Source: a virus
Reading direction: 5' to 3' (one strand)
Length of the DNA: 56,374 bases
IMG/VR virus record: IMGVR_UViG_3300045988_058758
Span: 1 to 56,374 of that record
The notes beneath the pieces are model-generated. The model was not told the DNA's origin. It saw only the letters and a list, made by a program, of their open reading frames with translations, and did not search any database. The position numbers and the translations under genes were made by a program. This document shows positions 6,034-14,513 of this stretch, piece after piece. Numbering within the stretch: the first letter of the stretch is position 1; each line of letters opens with the position of its first letter.

Positions 6034-6545
6034 TAGAATATCTCTATAGCATTGTTATCATCTGTAAAAATGTAAGTTCCTTCGATGCCTAAATCCCTGC
6101 CGAATGATTCATAATCAAAATATCTTGCTACATTGTCAGGTACATTATTCAAATATCCACATTCCTCTACAACCTGATATGCTATGTCGGTCATATCGTC
6201 ACAATCACTATATATTCTATAATCGCCACTGTTTACCTTGTCTATAGCTTCATTCAGTGTATAACCTAACTCCGACATTAAAACTTTCACAACTTCACTT
6301 TCTTCTTCACCTAACTCTTCAATCCGTTCTGCTATCTCATTTAATGTATCTAGGCTTTCATACTCTCCGACTTCGTAAAAGTCGCACTCATAATCAGTTA
6401 TAAAATACTCTTCATATTCTTCATTGATTCCAATACGCTCAAATACTTTCTGAAGTTCTTCCTGTGATACTGGCAGCTCTACCCATTCGCCTATCAACTC
6501 GCCTTCATTATACTTGCCTAAGTTTGTTAAATAAATATTCATCAT
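6033..6545 (-). CDS. ardA: Antirestriction protein ArdA (DNA-mimic inhibitor of type I R-M)
   Basis: Near full-length resemblance to Tn916 Orf18/ArdA (IY..NLGKYNEGEL.G.W..LP...EE....IG.N.EYEEY.I.DYE; SDCDDM; FGRDL). Confidence 0.85.
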   Translation of the reverse strand: MMNIYLTNLGKYNEGELIGEWVELPVSQEELQKVFERIGINEEYEEYFITDYECDFYEVGEYESLDTLNEIAERIEELGEEESEVVKVLMSELGYTLNEAIDKVNSGDYRIYSDCDDMTDIAYQVVEECGYLNNVPDNVARYFDYESFGRDLGIEGTYIFTDDNNAIEIF

Positions 6546-6654
6546 GTTCTTGTACCATTTCGCCGACTGTGATATAATCGGCTTACCTTTCTTTTTTGAT
6601 TGGTGGCGGTTGCTTGTCTTGGTAGGATGTCAACCGCCTTTTATTTATGCTCTT

Positions 6655-6683
6655 ATTATAAAGCTATCTTTATATAATTACAA
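6655..6683 (-). promoter_or_regulatory. Leftward promoter TTGTAA-17-TATAAT for the ArdA cassette, with an operator in the spacer
   Basis: Read on the minus strand; perfect -10 box. Confidence 0.5.
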
Positions 6684-6847
6684 GTCGCAAAATGTAACAA
6701 ATATATAAAGCTATCTATATAATTTTATTGTGCAATATGTATAAAGCTATCTATATATAAATATATAACGCTACTATATAATAAAGTTATCTTTATATTT
6801 GTATTGACTTTAATATAACGCTACTATATAATAAAGTTATCTTTATA
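6657..6847. promoter_or_regulatory. Operator array: five TATAAAG-N4-CTTTATA-type palindromes, including two perfect 35-bp direct repeats (6763-6797 and 6813-6847)
   Basis: Palindrome copies at 6657, 6704, 6740, 6781 and 6831; ATATAACG half-sites at 6763 and 6813. Confidence 0.7.
6804..6832 (+). promoter_or_regulatory. Rightward promoter TTGACT-17-TATAAT
   Basis: Overlaps the second 35-bp repeat. Confidence 0.6.
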
Positions 6848-6862
6848 AAAGGAGTTGATTTG

Positions 6863-7084
6863 ATGGCAGTATCTAAAGCACAAGCAAGAGCAACACAGAA
6901 ATATGATAATAAGGCATATTTTAAGAGCCTAGTAAGATTCAAGAAAGAAGATGAGAAAAGAATCAGAGCCGCCGCAGGCAACAGCTTAAACGGCTTTATT
7001 GTTTCGGCGGTGCTGGAGAAAGTACAGGAAACAGAAAAGGCGAAAGCTCCAACCTGTACAAGCTCCGACGAATGCCCATTCTAA
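6863..7084 (+). CDS. Putative ribbon-helix-helix (Arc/CopG-like) DNA-binding regulator
   Basis: RBS AAGGAG; KSLVRFKKEDEKRIRAAA..SLNGFIVSAVLEKV pattern; sits next to the palindrome array. Confidence 0.45.
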   Translation: MAVSKAQARATQKYDNKAYFKSLVRFKKEDEKRIRAAAGNSLNGFIVSAVLEKVQETEKAKAPTCTSSDECPF

Positions 7085-7111
7085 ATAGTTAAAAGAATTA
7101 TAAAATATTGC

Positions 7112-7140
7112 TTGACTATATAACGATAGCGTTATATAAT
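7112..7140 (+). promoter_or_regulatory. Promoter TTGACT-17-TATAAT carrying the perfect palindrome TATATAACG-ATAG-CGTTATATA (7117-7138)
   Basis: Same architecture as the 6804-6832 promoter. Confidence 0.6.
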
Positions 7141-7190
7141 AAGAGTACAAATTAAGAAAGGGCAGCCGAAAGGCTGAAAAGGTGGAAAGG

Positions 7191-7385
7191 ATGAAAACAG
7201 CAGAGTTATTAAACAAAGTTGTTGGACTTGGATTTGACAGAGAAAAGGCACTTGCAGACATAGACGCAAGTCTTGATGAAATAATCGGAGCAGAGAACAG
7301 AAAGCCAATCGCAGAAGAAGAAATAAGCGAAGAGCTGGCAAGCGATATTTTATTCGGGTTTGAATGCGAAAAAGAAAACAATTAA
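7191..7385 (+). CDS. Small acidic hypothetical protein
   Basis: RBS AAAGGTGG. Confidence 0.55.
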   Translation: MKTAELLNKVVGLGFDREKALADIDASLDEIIGAENRKPIAEEEISEELASDILFGFECEKENN

Positions 7386-7407
7386 GAAAGGTTAAAAGGT
7401 GGACGAT

Positions 7408-7710
7408 ATGAAAGCATATACGATTATTGACAAGAACGAAAGGAACGCACAAAGCGAATGCGTTTTGTACACATTCAAGGAATTGAAAGAACTTTTTAAG
7501 CCAGAGGAGGAAGAGACGGTCACTAATTGGGAAGAGTGGGAAAAGCTTCAAGATGTAGATGACTTGCAAACGTACTTGATAAAGTCATATGACGGGATGG
7601 CGTGCCCATATAGTTTTGAAGCTGTGGAAGTTGAAAGTCTGGAACAGCTCCGGCGAATGAATGAATATTTATATTCTGATGGGTTAAAAGAAGAACTGTT
7701 AAACAATTAA
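7408..7710 (+). CDS. Acidic hypothetical protein
   Basis: RBS AAAGGTGG (same as the previous gene). Confidence 0.6.
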   Translation: MKAYTIIDKNERNAQSECVLYTFKELKELFKPEEEETVTNWEEWEKLQDVDDLQTYLIKSYDGMACPYSFEAVEVESLEQLRRMNEYLYSDGLKEELLNN

Positions 7711-7723
7711 TATTAATATTTAG

Positions 7724-7753
7724 GCGGTGTATATTGTTATACATCGCTTTTTT
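7724..7753 (+). terminator. Rho-independent terminator
   Basis: 10-bp stem with TTGT loop followed by T6. Confidence 0.7.
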
Positions 7754-7820
7754 AATGCCTATTGATTAATTATATTTATTGTGTTATTATATTGCTAATA
7801 ATTAAATATATAAGATTTAC

Positions 7821-7857
7821 ACCCGATAATATTAATATTGTTATCGGGTTATTTTTA
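7821..7857 (+). terminator. Second terminator-like hairpin
   Basis: ACCCGATAA/TTATCGGGT stem followed by TATTTTTA. Confidence 0.55.
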
Positions 7858-7915
7858 TGTTATTAGATATATAATAATTAATTAGCTGGAGCAGATCTAG
7901 CAGAAAGGGGAATAT

Positions 7916-8575
7916 ATGGAAAAAGTGAAGGGAACGCCAGACACACCCGAAGTATTTCAAAACGATATAGAACTTTATTTATCGCAGTTTTGCCAAGAGC
8001 ACAACATCGAAGATATGACTAAAGAACCACAGAGCCGATGGAACGCCGCCCTAATGTATATAAATAAATATGTTTTTGGTGATAAAAGTATATTAAAATT
8101 AAATAAGAATATTAATAAAAATAATACTAATTGCATTATGGATAGTAATTTTTATATGTATGATTATGATAAATTAGAGTATATATTATATATATATTAT
8201 TATTTATGTGCTGTATATGATAAAGAATGTAGTATAATGGGATATAGCTTATTAACTGGTATTAATTACGATACGCTGATGGATTGGGGAGCAGGTGAAA
8301 GAAAACTAAGTACGAAAGCCTTCGACATCGTGCAAAAACTGCGCATTTTTCGTGAAGAAAGTTTGTCGAACAAGCTCGCAACCGGCAACAAAAACCCTGT
8401 TGGCATCCTTGCAATACTTAACCGACACTTTGTATGGAATCTTCCCGGAGTTAGTAGAGAAAGCACTACAAAAGTTATTAAGACCGCATCAGAGCTTCCA
8501 CAATTGAGCCAAAACAATACACAATTAACAGATAAGCAACAGATAAACGCTATAAACAATTCTGACACAATTTAA
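7916..8575 (+). CDS. terS: Putative terminase small subunit
   Basis: MGYSLLTGINYDTLMDWG ... NPVGILAILNRHFVWN resembles the TerS HTH and C-terminal motifs; contains a roughly 85% AT island at 8085-8225. Confidence 0.5.
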   Translation: MEKVKGTPDTPEVFQNDIELYLSQFCQEHNIEDMTKEPQSRWNAALMYINKYVFGDKSILKLNKNINKNNTNCIMDSNFYMYDYDKLEYILYIYYYLCAVYDKECSIMGYSLLTGINYDTLMDWGAGERKLSTKAFDIVQKLRIFREESLSNKLATGNKNPVGILAILNRHFVWNLPGVSRESTTKVIKTASELPQLSQNNTQLTDKQQINAINNSDTI

Positions 8576-8625
8576 ACAGTTTAGAAACCGCTTAAATACT
8601 GGGCTTATAAGTGCTAAGTATTCAT

Positions 8626-8659
8626 ATAACGCTGATAAATTAAGGTTTATCAGCGTTAT
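8626..8659. repeat. Perfect 14-bp inverted repeat (ATAACGCTGATAAA / TTTATCAGCGTTAT)
   Basis: 6-nt loop; no U-tract. Confidence 0.8.
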
Positions 8660-8707
8660 GGTACAGATATAGTATTAATTGTGTTAATTGTTTGAAATAT
8701 CTGTACC
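8660..8707. repeat. Perfect 11-bp inverted repeat (GGTACAGATAT / ATATCTGTACC) with a 26-nt loop
   Basis: The loop carries TTAATTGT twice. Confidence 0.8.
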
Positions 8708-9075
8708 AAGCAGACACAATTTTATAGATAGGGGCTGGGGGTTGTTAGCCTCTAGGATTTTGCCCCAACTAAGTCGCTCAAATATTCTCAAAAATAAAAA
8801 GGCTTATTATATTTATATATACACATTTATTTATATATATTTATATACCCAATAATTAATAACTTATTAACCCATATACAATAATTAATATATTTATTAA
8901 TATAACTTTAATAAAACCTATATAATTTAGTCAATAATTACTGTACAAATCCTATAAATAGGTGTATAATAAACACAGTTAATTTAATTCTAAAGATTTT
9001 GCAAACACACATCAGATACCGATTATTCAATCGGGCTATTTCCAAAAAATTTTAAAATATAAAAAGGGGTTAGAA

Positions 9076-9492
9076 ATGCAGGGCAATGAATACCAAAAAT
9101 TGGCTATGCGTACTAACGATAAAATGGCTTATCATAGATTAAATACTGAATTAACTGGTAAGTTTCCACTTAGTCCTCTAACAGAAAGCAATGCTAAGTG
9201 TAGCAACATAAATGACATAGCAGGACTTCTTAATGGTGTCTTAGGTTTAACTGGCGAAGCTGGCGAAGTATCAGACCTTGTTAAAAAGGGCATATTCCAC
9301 GAAAAAGGCATAGACCTGGAACACCTCAAGAAAGAGTGCGGCGATGTAATGTGGTACGTTGCTATGATTTGCGAAGCTTGCGGATTCAGTCTTGATGAAA
9401 TCATGCAGATTAACATTGATAAGCTGAAAGCAAGATATCCAGAGGGATTTGATACTTACAGAGCTAATCACAGACAGGCAGGTGATGTCTAA
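9076..9492 (+). CDS. mazG: MazG-like nucleoside triphosphate pyrophosphohydrolase
   Basis: YQ..A.RT; GLTGEAGEVSDLVKK; GDVMWYVA; KLKARYPEGF. Confidence 0.85.
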   Translation: MQGNEYQKLAMRTNDKMAYHRLNTELTGKFPLSPLTESNAKCSNINDIAGLLNGVLGLTGEAGEVSDLVKKGIFHEKGIDLEHLKKECGDVMWYVAMICEACGFSLDEIMQINIDKLKARYPEGFDTYRANHRQAGDV

Positions 9493-9866
9493 TGAGCGAT
9501 ATTTCATATCCATTACCTTGTATTAATTGTGCAAGTAGACTTCAGTCAGAATACGCATGTAATAATTGCACACATAACGGTGCTAAGAGCGATGATAAGT
9601 TTGATAATTTTATTCCACTCAAAGATGTTGCACCTAGCGTCAATGGAAAGCCGGTAAATGACAATGTTAATCATCCAAGCCATTATGAGACTGGCAGCTT
9701 TGAATGTATAGATGTTATGTTGGAAACACAGGGCAAGGAAGCCGTTAAGAACTTTTGCTTATGTAATGCCTTTAAGTACATTTACAGACATAATAACAAG
9801 AATGGCTTAGAAGATATTAAAAAAGCTAAGTGGTACATTGACAAGTACATAGAATTGTCAGAATAG
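9492..9866 (+). CDS. DUF3310-family protein
   Basis: VNHPSHY ... ECIDV ... NAFKYIYRHNNKNGLEDIKKAKWYI. Confidence 0.7.
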   Translation: MSDISYPLPCINCASRLQSEYACNNCTHNGAKSDDKFDNFIPLKDVAPSVNGKPVNDNVNHPSHYETGSFECIDVMLETQGKEAVKNFCLCNAFKYIYRHNNKNGLEDIKKAKWYIDKYIELSE

Positions 9867-9951
9867 CCGTGTCGGTCAATGAAAGTATAATGACTACAAA
9901 GGATAGTACACTGCGGTTTGTGGCGAATATATACCAAGAATAGCCACTTAA

Positions 9952-10023
9952 TGCACCATAGCCAAGCGGTAAGGCACAGAGCTTTGACCTCTGTATGCGT
10001 CGGTTCGAATCCGACTGGTGTAG
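9952..10023 (+). tRNA. tRNA-Gln (anticodon TTG)
   Basis: Hand-folded cloverleaf: acceptor TGCACCA/TGGTGTA (U1-A72), anticodon loop CT-TTG-AC, T arm GTCGG-TTCGAAT-CCGAC. Confidence 0.8.
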
Positions 10024-10258
10024 TTCGTCTTACTTTTATCGTAGACTACCATGTTTTGCATTTTAAGGTAGTCCTCCTTTCATGTACCTCTTTGGATTTT
10101 GTTCAGTTAAAAGCGGTGCAAGACCGCTTGAGAGGGCTTGGCGTGTATATACACAGTCATGTGAAAACCAACTTATCAAGAAGCACTCCTTACTAAAATA
10201 CCCCTAATATTTTATTGTTTCTGTTCTTGTTTCTTGATAGCCGTTACAGGCGGTATTT

Positions 10259-10341
10259 GCCGATATGGGATAAAGGTATTCCAGTAGCTTGCTAAGCTAT
10301 CCAACAGAAATGTTGTTCGTGTTCGATTCACGATGTCGGCG
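10259..10341 (+). tRNA. tRNA-Ser (anticodon GCT), long variable arm
   Basis: Acceptor GCCGATA/TGTCGGC; anticodon loop TT-GCT-AA; variable arm CAACA-GAA-ATGTTG; T arm TCGTG-TTCGATT-CACGA. Confidence 0.7.
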
Positions 10342-10456
10342 CTAACTTACGACAGGGGTGAACCTTGCCGTAAGCGGTAGAAAGTCCGCATGAAATTGTA
10401 CAAAGTAGTGGCAAAAGCAATTTCAAATATGGCAGTTCCACTACACTGTCATATTT

Positions 10457-10538
10457 GCCGTATGTCCGGGTGGTGAGGGAGCGGTCTTGAAAATCGTTGG
10501 CTGTAAAAGGCTTGCAGGTTCGAATCCTGTGTACGGCG
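10457..10538 (+). tRNA. tRNA-Ser (anticodon TGA), long variable arm
   Basis: Acceptor GCCGTAT/GTACGGC; CT-TGA-AA loop aligns with E. coli tRNA-Ser(UGA); T arm GCAGG-TTCGAAT-CCTGT. Confidence 0.65.
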
Positions 10539-10648
10539 CTTATCTTTGGATAACTTTTAATTACCAGAACTGCAAATATGGGTTATAAGGTTGTCTGTAT
10601 GGATAGTAGTTGTATTATCGGAAACAGAAAACTCTTTGCAAAATAGAA

Positions 10649-10711
10649 TTTGCAGATTTGAAATGCATTGGCATGGTTTGGTCTGACAGAGTTCGACTCT
10701 CTGTGCAACTA
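10649..10711 (+). other. Degenerate tRNA-like fragment (Gln-type anticodon arm plus T arm, no D arm)
   Basis: TGCAG-ATTTGAA-ATGCA and CAGAG-TTCGACT-CTCTG; no acceptable cloverleaf. Confidence 0.3.
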
Positions 10712-10811
10712 TTTACAGCAAACTAGGTTAGCTACCGAAAAGCAGACCACGACTGCCTGTTTGTTGTTATATCTAAAATCGTGGAAATTATCATTCGTGG
10801 AGGTAAATAAA

Positions 10812-11048
10812 ATGGCAAAGTTGATTAAGCATCGTTCAATCGGAAAAATAAGAATGGAACTTGCGGATTATGTGCTGAATTGCACAGATGATGAATTGTA
10901 CGAGCTTTGCGGTGCTGTTTCAGAGCTTGAAGGTGTAACATCTTGGTCTTGTGATGAATGCCAAAAACGATTTAAACCAGATTGTAGCTTTGATAGCGAT
11001 GATTCAAGATGCAAGAAGCATTTCTTTGAGATGAATAAGCCGGAATAA
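10812..11048 (+). CDS. Small Cys-containing hypothetical protein
   Basis: RBS GGAGG; the upstream part of the tracked ORF spans the tRNA-like DNA. Confidence 0.6.
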   Translation: MAKLIKHRSIGKIRMELADYVLNCTDDELYELCGAVSELEGVTSWSCDECQKRFKPDCSFDSDDSRCKKHFFEMNKPE

Positions 11049-11158
11049 TATTGGTAAAATCAGTTGCCTAGTGATTGCAACACGAAAAGAGTAACCTACG
11101 AACTCCTGGTAACTGTTTTTATATAAATCGTAGGGTTATCTATCGTAGGAGGTAAAAT

Positions 11159-12157
11159 ATGGCAGACATAAAAATTAAAAAAGCAGTAATTAGAGAAGAT
11201 TTATTATCAATAACAAACGATTATAGAAAAGCAATCATTCTCAATCAGTTTATCTATTGGTCTGAAAGAGTTTCAGATGCCGATAAGTTTATCAAGAAAG
11301 AGAATGAGATTGCGAAGAACAATGGAGAAGAAGAAAGAGAGCTTTTCTATGGTTGGATATATAAAACCGCCGAGGAATTAGCTGATGAGGTTATGTTAGG
11401 TTTATCTGCAAGCCAGATAAGAAGATATATCAGCGATTTGGTGAATATGGGTTATATCTCAAAACGAAATAACCCTAAATATAAGTGGGATAGAACATTA
11501 CAATATAGGGTAAATCTTGTAAATATTGCAAAAGACCTTAAAAAGAATGGCTATCCATTAAGCGATTATAAAATTGAAATTCCAGAAAATGAGAAAACCA
11601 TTACGCACGAGTGCGTAATCAATAATGAGCCAATGAAAAATCAAACACAAGCTAGTGACGAAGCAATACCAAAGAGTACTAACATAGATTATTTAAACAG
11701 AGATTATACTACAGAGAATAAATATGCTCTTTCAGAATCTAAAGATTCTTCAAGAGGAGATATATATGCTTTTTCAGCTGAAAAAGGCGGAAGCAAATCT
11801 GATGTGATTAAAAACCTTGCTGTTGAATTCGCTGATTGCGAGCCATCAGATTGGCGAATAGAGGAGTTAACGCATATTATTGATTATTTCCTTGAACAAT
11901 ACAATAAAACTTTAAACATGAGCCATATACGCATTACAGAACAGGCTTTGACAAAGATAGTTATTAATTACTTTGAGCCAGTTGGTAATTATATGAGCGA
12001 TAATTCTGCTTATGGACTTGATGATTACTACAAAGAGTTAATAGATTATTACTTACAGACAAAATACAAGATTAATGGCAAAGAAGTAACTAAGAGCTTG
12101 CAGCATTTCATGTCTGGAATGATAAGAGAAAACTTAGCACAGAAATATTTGAAATAA
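11159..12157 (+). CDS. Winged-helix protein resembling RepA_N/DnaD-type replication initiators
   Basis: RBS AGGAGG; ILNQFIYWSERV ... YKTAEELADEVMLGLSASQIRRYISDLVNMGYISKR. Confidence 0.4.
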   Translation: MADIKIKKAVIREDLLSITNDYRKAIILNQFIYWSERVSDADKFIKKENEIAKNNGEEERELFYGWIYKTAEELADEVMLGLSASQIRRYISDLVNMGYISKRNNPKYKWDRTLQYRVNLVNIAKDLKKNGYPLSDYKIEIPENEKTITHECVINNEPMKNQTQASDEAIPKSTNIDYLNRDYTTENKYALSESKDSSRGDIYAFSAEKGGSKSDVIKNLAVEFADCEPSDWRIEELTHIIDYFLEQYNKTLNMSHIRITEQALTKIVINYFEPVGNYMSDNSAYGLDDYYKELIDYYLQTKYKINGKEVTKSLQHFMSGMIRENLAQKYLK

Positions 12158-12169
12158 GGAGCGATTATT

Positions 12170-12364
12170 ATGGCCATGGGAGTACATCCACTAAACAAAG
12201 ATAAGTTTTATGAAGCAATTAACTTATACATATCAGGACAGGCTTCACAGGTAAAGGCGGCAAAAGTAGCAGGTTGCAGCGTGCCGACATTTAAGAAATA
12301 TGCTAATAAGATATATGGCGGCGAGGAGTTACCAGATAATTTATGGGGGAAGAATAATGATTAA
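12170..12364 (+). CDS. Small HTH protein
   Basis: RBS AAGGAG; QVKAAKVAGCSVPTFKKY. Confidence 0.5.
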   Translation: MAMGVHPLNKDKFYEAINLYISGQASQVKAAKVAGCSVPTFKKYANKIYGGEELPDNLWGKNND

Positions 12365-12593
12365 GAAAATTATTAACTGTTGGATAAGACGCAAGACAAA
12401 GAACCTAACAGAAATACCGCTTTTTACGATGACATTTAATTACCGCAAGTATAAGGCACAGGGAAAGAAAGATAGCTGTCTGTTTTGCAGCCACCCAGAC
12501 ATTGCCAATGATGAATTTGTAAAGGACAAATTACAAGAAGTTGTTGACTATATCAGAGATAACTATGATTTGGATATATTTACGAAGATTTGA
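12357..12593 (+). CDS. Hypothetical protein
   Basis: ATGA overlap with the upstream gene. Confidence 0.5.
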   Translation: MIKKIINCWIRRKTKNLTEIPLFTMTFNYRKYKAQGKKDSCLFCSHPDIANDEFVKDKLQEVVDYIRDNYDLDIFTKI

Positions 12594-12601
12594 GGTGCAA
12601 T

Positions 12602-13339
12602 ATGAAAGATTGCTCAATTTGCAAATATTGTGATGAAGATTTTGATTTTGATGAAGAAATAGGAGAAGAATACCCCATTTATACTTGTAGCAAGGGAAAT
12701 GACACAAGCATAGATTATAAGTGTAAGGATTTTAAGGAATACAAGCCGAAGAAATATAAAGAGAAAGATACAGAGTGCGATATATGCGAATACAGAGAAA
12801 AATGTGCAAAATATAGTTCCGGGATAGACTGTACAACCAACATGGATATAAAAACACATATTATTTATCCACAAGACAAATGTATTAAAAGGGCAAAAGA
12901 ACTAGGTGTTGAAATACCCAAAGATATCCAGAAAGCTACAGATTGTAAATATTATGAAATGTTAAGTTACGGAGTACTTGGCACGGCTCACACATGCGTG
13001 AATGAGAAAAGTAATTGCTATTTAGATTACCCAGTTATATGCCTTAAGGGGTGCGGATTTTATGAAAAAGACAAATCTATATATAGCATGAAGCACTTTG
13101 AAATAAATAACATATCTTTCGATGTTGGTTACGGAGAAAAATATGCTATTGATGTTACAAATGAACGATTAGAAATTGTTGGCATGCAGGTACTTGGTAG
13201 AAAACCTATAAGGATGGTCGAAAAGGACTATGTGAGAAATAGCATAATAATTAAGGCGCTTGAATACATAGCTTGCAATAACTGGAGAAAAAGACACGGA
13301 TTGCCAATGTTAAAACACTATTCACACAAAACAAAATAG
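12602..13339 (+). CDS. Cys-rich hypothetical protein
   Basis: RBS GAGGTG; multiple CxxC pairs. Confidence 0.65.
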   Translation: MKDCSICKYCDEDFDFDEEIGEEYPIYTCSKGNDTSIDYKCKDFKEYKPKKYKEKDTECDICEYREKCAKYSSGIDCTTNMDIKTHIIYPQDKCIKRAKELGVEIPKDIQKATDCKYYEMLSYGVLGTAHTCVNEKSNCYLDYPVICLKGCGFYEKDKSIYSMKHFEINNISFDVGYGEKYAIDVTNERLEIVGMQVLGRKPIRMVEKDYVRNSIIIKALEYIACNNWRKRHGLPMLKHYSHKTK

Positions 13340-13379
13340 TCAATAACGGATTTTTATTTGATAAGTAAGGGTGGTTTAT

Positions 13380-13619
13380 ATGAAACATCAAAAAGAATGG
13401 CACACTTGTGACAGGTGCGGAAAAGAGATAATGCCTAAGAGTTGGAAAGAAGTTAGATTTAAGCAAGTTGGATGTTGCGGAGATATAGTTCCCACTTTTG
13501 AAGATAATGATATGTGTCTTGAAATCAAGAATGTTCGCAGATATGAATTTTTAGAAAGAACATATGACTTATGCCCTAAGTGCAGGAAAGATTTTGAGAG
13601 GTTTATGAGGAATGAATAA
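13380..13619 (+). CDS. Zn-ribbon protein
   Basis: CDRCG ... CPKC. Confidence 0.6.
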   Translation: MKHQKEWHTCDRCGKEIMPKSWKEVRFKQVGCCGDIVPTFEDNDMCLEIKNVRRYEFLERTYDLCPKCRKDFERFMRNE

Positions 13620-13818
13620 CATTGACAATCCCTTATCCGAACATCAATCACCACCTAAAGAAGCATTAAGAGATTTTGGCATAGATATTTCAAGAGAAGC
13701 GGTAGAAAAATACGCTTTGGAAAAGTTTGGCAGACTGCCACAAAGCCATATTGAAATGACTTTTGCTAGAGACTCTAAGATAATTGAGGAAACAAGGAGG
13801 TTTATAAGGAATGAGTAG
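13612..13818 (+). CDS. Hypothetical protein
   Basis: Start overlaps the upstream stop. Confidence 0.5.
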   Translation: MNNIDNPLSEHQSPPKEALRDFGIDISREAVEKYALEKFGRLPQSHIEMTFARDSKIIEETRRFIRNE

Positions 13819-13963
13819 TGCTTTTACGATTATGCTTTTTATTGTGATTATAGTGGTTGTGGCACTTGTGATATCTATATGCATTGCAGGAACGGTGTTT
13901 TTGCTTGAAGAAACAGGAATACTTGATGCATTCAGAGAGATTATCAAAAAGAATAGGAAGTGA
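13811..13963 (+). CDS. 50-aa single-pass membrane peptide
   Basis: Not in the ORF track; FTIMLFIVIIVVVALVISICIAGTVFLL. Confidence 0.4.
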   Translation: MSSAFTIMLFIVIIVVVALVISICIAGTVFLLEETGILDAFREIIKKNRK

Positions 13964-13967
13964 TTTT

Positions 13968-14174
13968 ATGAAAATATCAGAAATGAATAACTGCATTGAA
14001 GAAATGCGTAAATGCTACAAGTTTAATGATGATAAAACAGAAATAAGACTTGGAGATATGGCAAGTGGAAGCAACAGATATGTAACTGTCGGTACAAAAG
14101 ACGAAAACGGGACACAGATTGAAATGACAAGAATAGCAGATAAATTAGAAGAAGCAGACTATTGTTTGCGATGA
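13968..14174 (+). CDS. Hypothetical protein
   Basis: RBS AGGAAG. Confidence 0.5.
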   Translation: MKISEMNNCIEEMRKCYKFNDDKTEIRLGDMASGSNRYVTVGTKDENGTQIEMTRIADKLEEADYCLR

Positions 14175-14185
14175 AGGGAGATTTT

Positions 14186-14467
14186 ATGAAGAAAAAAATT
14201 TTAGCAGTTGTATTAGGATTGACATTGTGCTTAGGAATGACCGGATGTGCGTCATGGGACAGAGCAATAACAGATATGAAAAGCGATGTAAATGGCGGTA
14301 TGCAAAGAACAATTACTGTATACACGGCAGATGGTAAAGAACTTGCAACATATCAAGGTAAGATTGATATTGATACAAACGATGGCGAATATGTTAAGTT
14401 TGATTTCAACGGAAAGAGATACATCTATTATAACTGCTTTGTAGAAAGCATTGCAGATATTGATTAA
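14186..14467 (+). CDS. Lipoprotein
   Basis: Signal peptide MKKKILAVVLGLTLCLGMTGC with a lipobox. Confidence 0.7.
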   Translation: MKKKILAVVLGLTLCLGMTGCASWDRAITDMKSDVNGGMQRTITVYTADGKELATYQGKIDIDTNDGEYVKFDFNGKRYIYYNCFVESIADID

Positions 14468-14470
14468 GTG

Positions 14471-14513
14471 ATTTTACCGGCTACAGATTGATTGTAGTTG
14501 CTGACCTTAGAAA
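14471..14513 (+). repeat. Conserved intergenic hairpin element, copy 1
   Basis: ATTTTACCGGCTACAGATTGATTGTAGTTGCTGACCTTAGAAA. Confidence 0.7.

Noticed and set aside
5811-6092. 93-aa plus-strand ORF
   Set aside because: It is antisense to two cassette genes and to minihelix no. 3. It has no RBS.
8800-8990. AT-rich segment with CAATAATTA three times as a replication origin
   Set aside because: The repeats are short, irregularly spaced (29 and 53 bp) and expected by chance in ~85% AT DNA. Mentioned only as context for the terS-proximal structures.
9918-10196. 92-aa ORF covering tRNA-Gln
   Set aside because: It overlaps a well-folding tRNA gene and structured spacer DNA. It is spurious.
10668-10811. 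Longer N-terminus of ORF 10668-11048
   Set aside because: The upstream 48 codons span the tRNA-like fragment and have no RBS. ATG 10812 has a GGAGG RBS.
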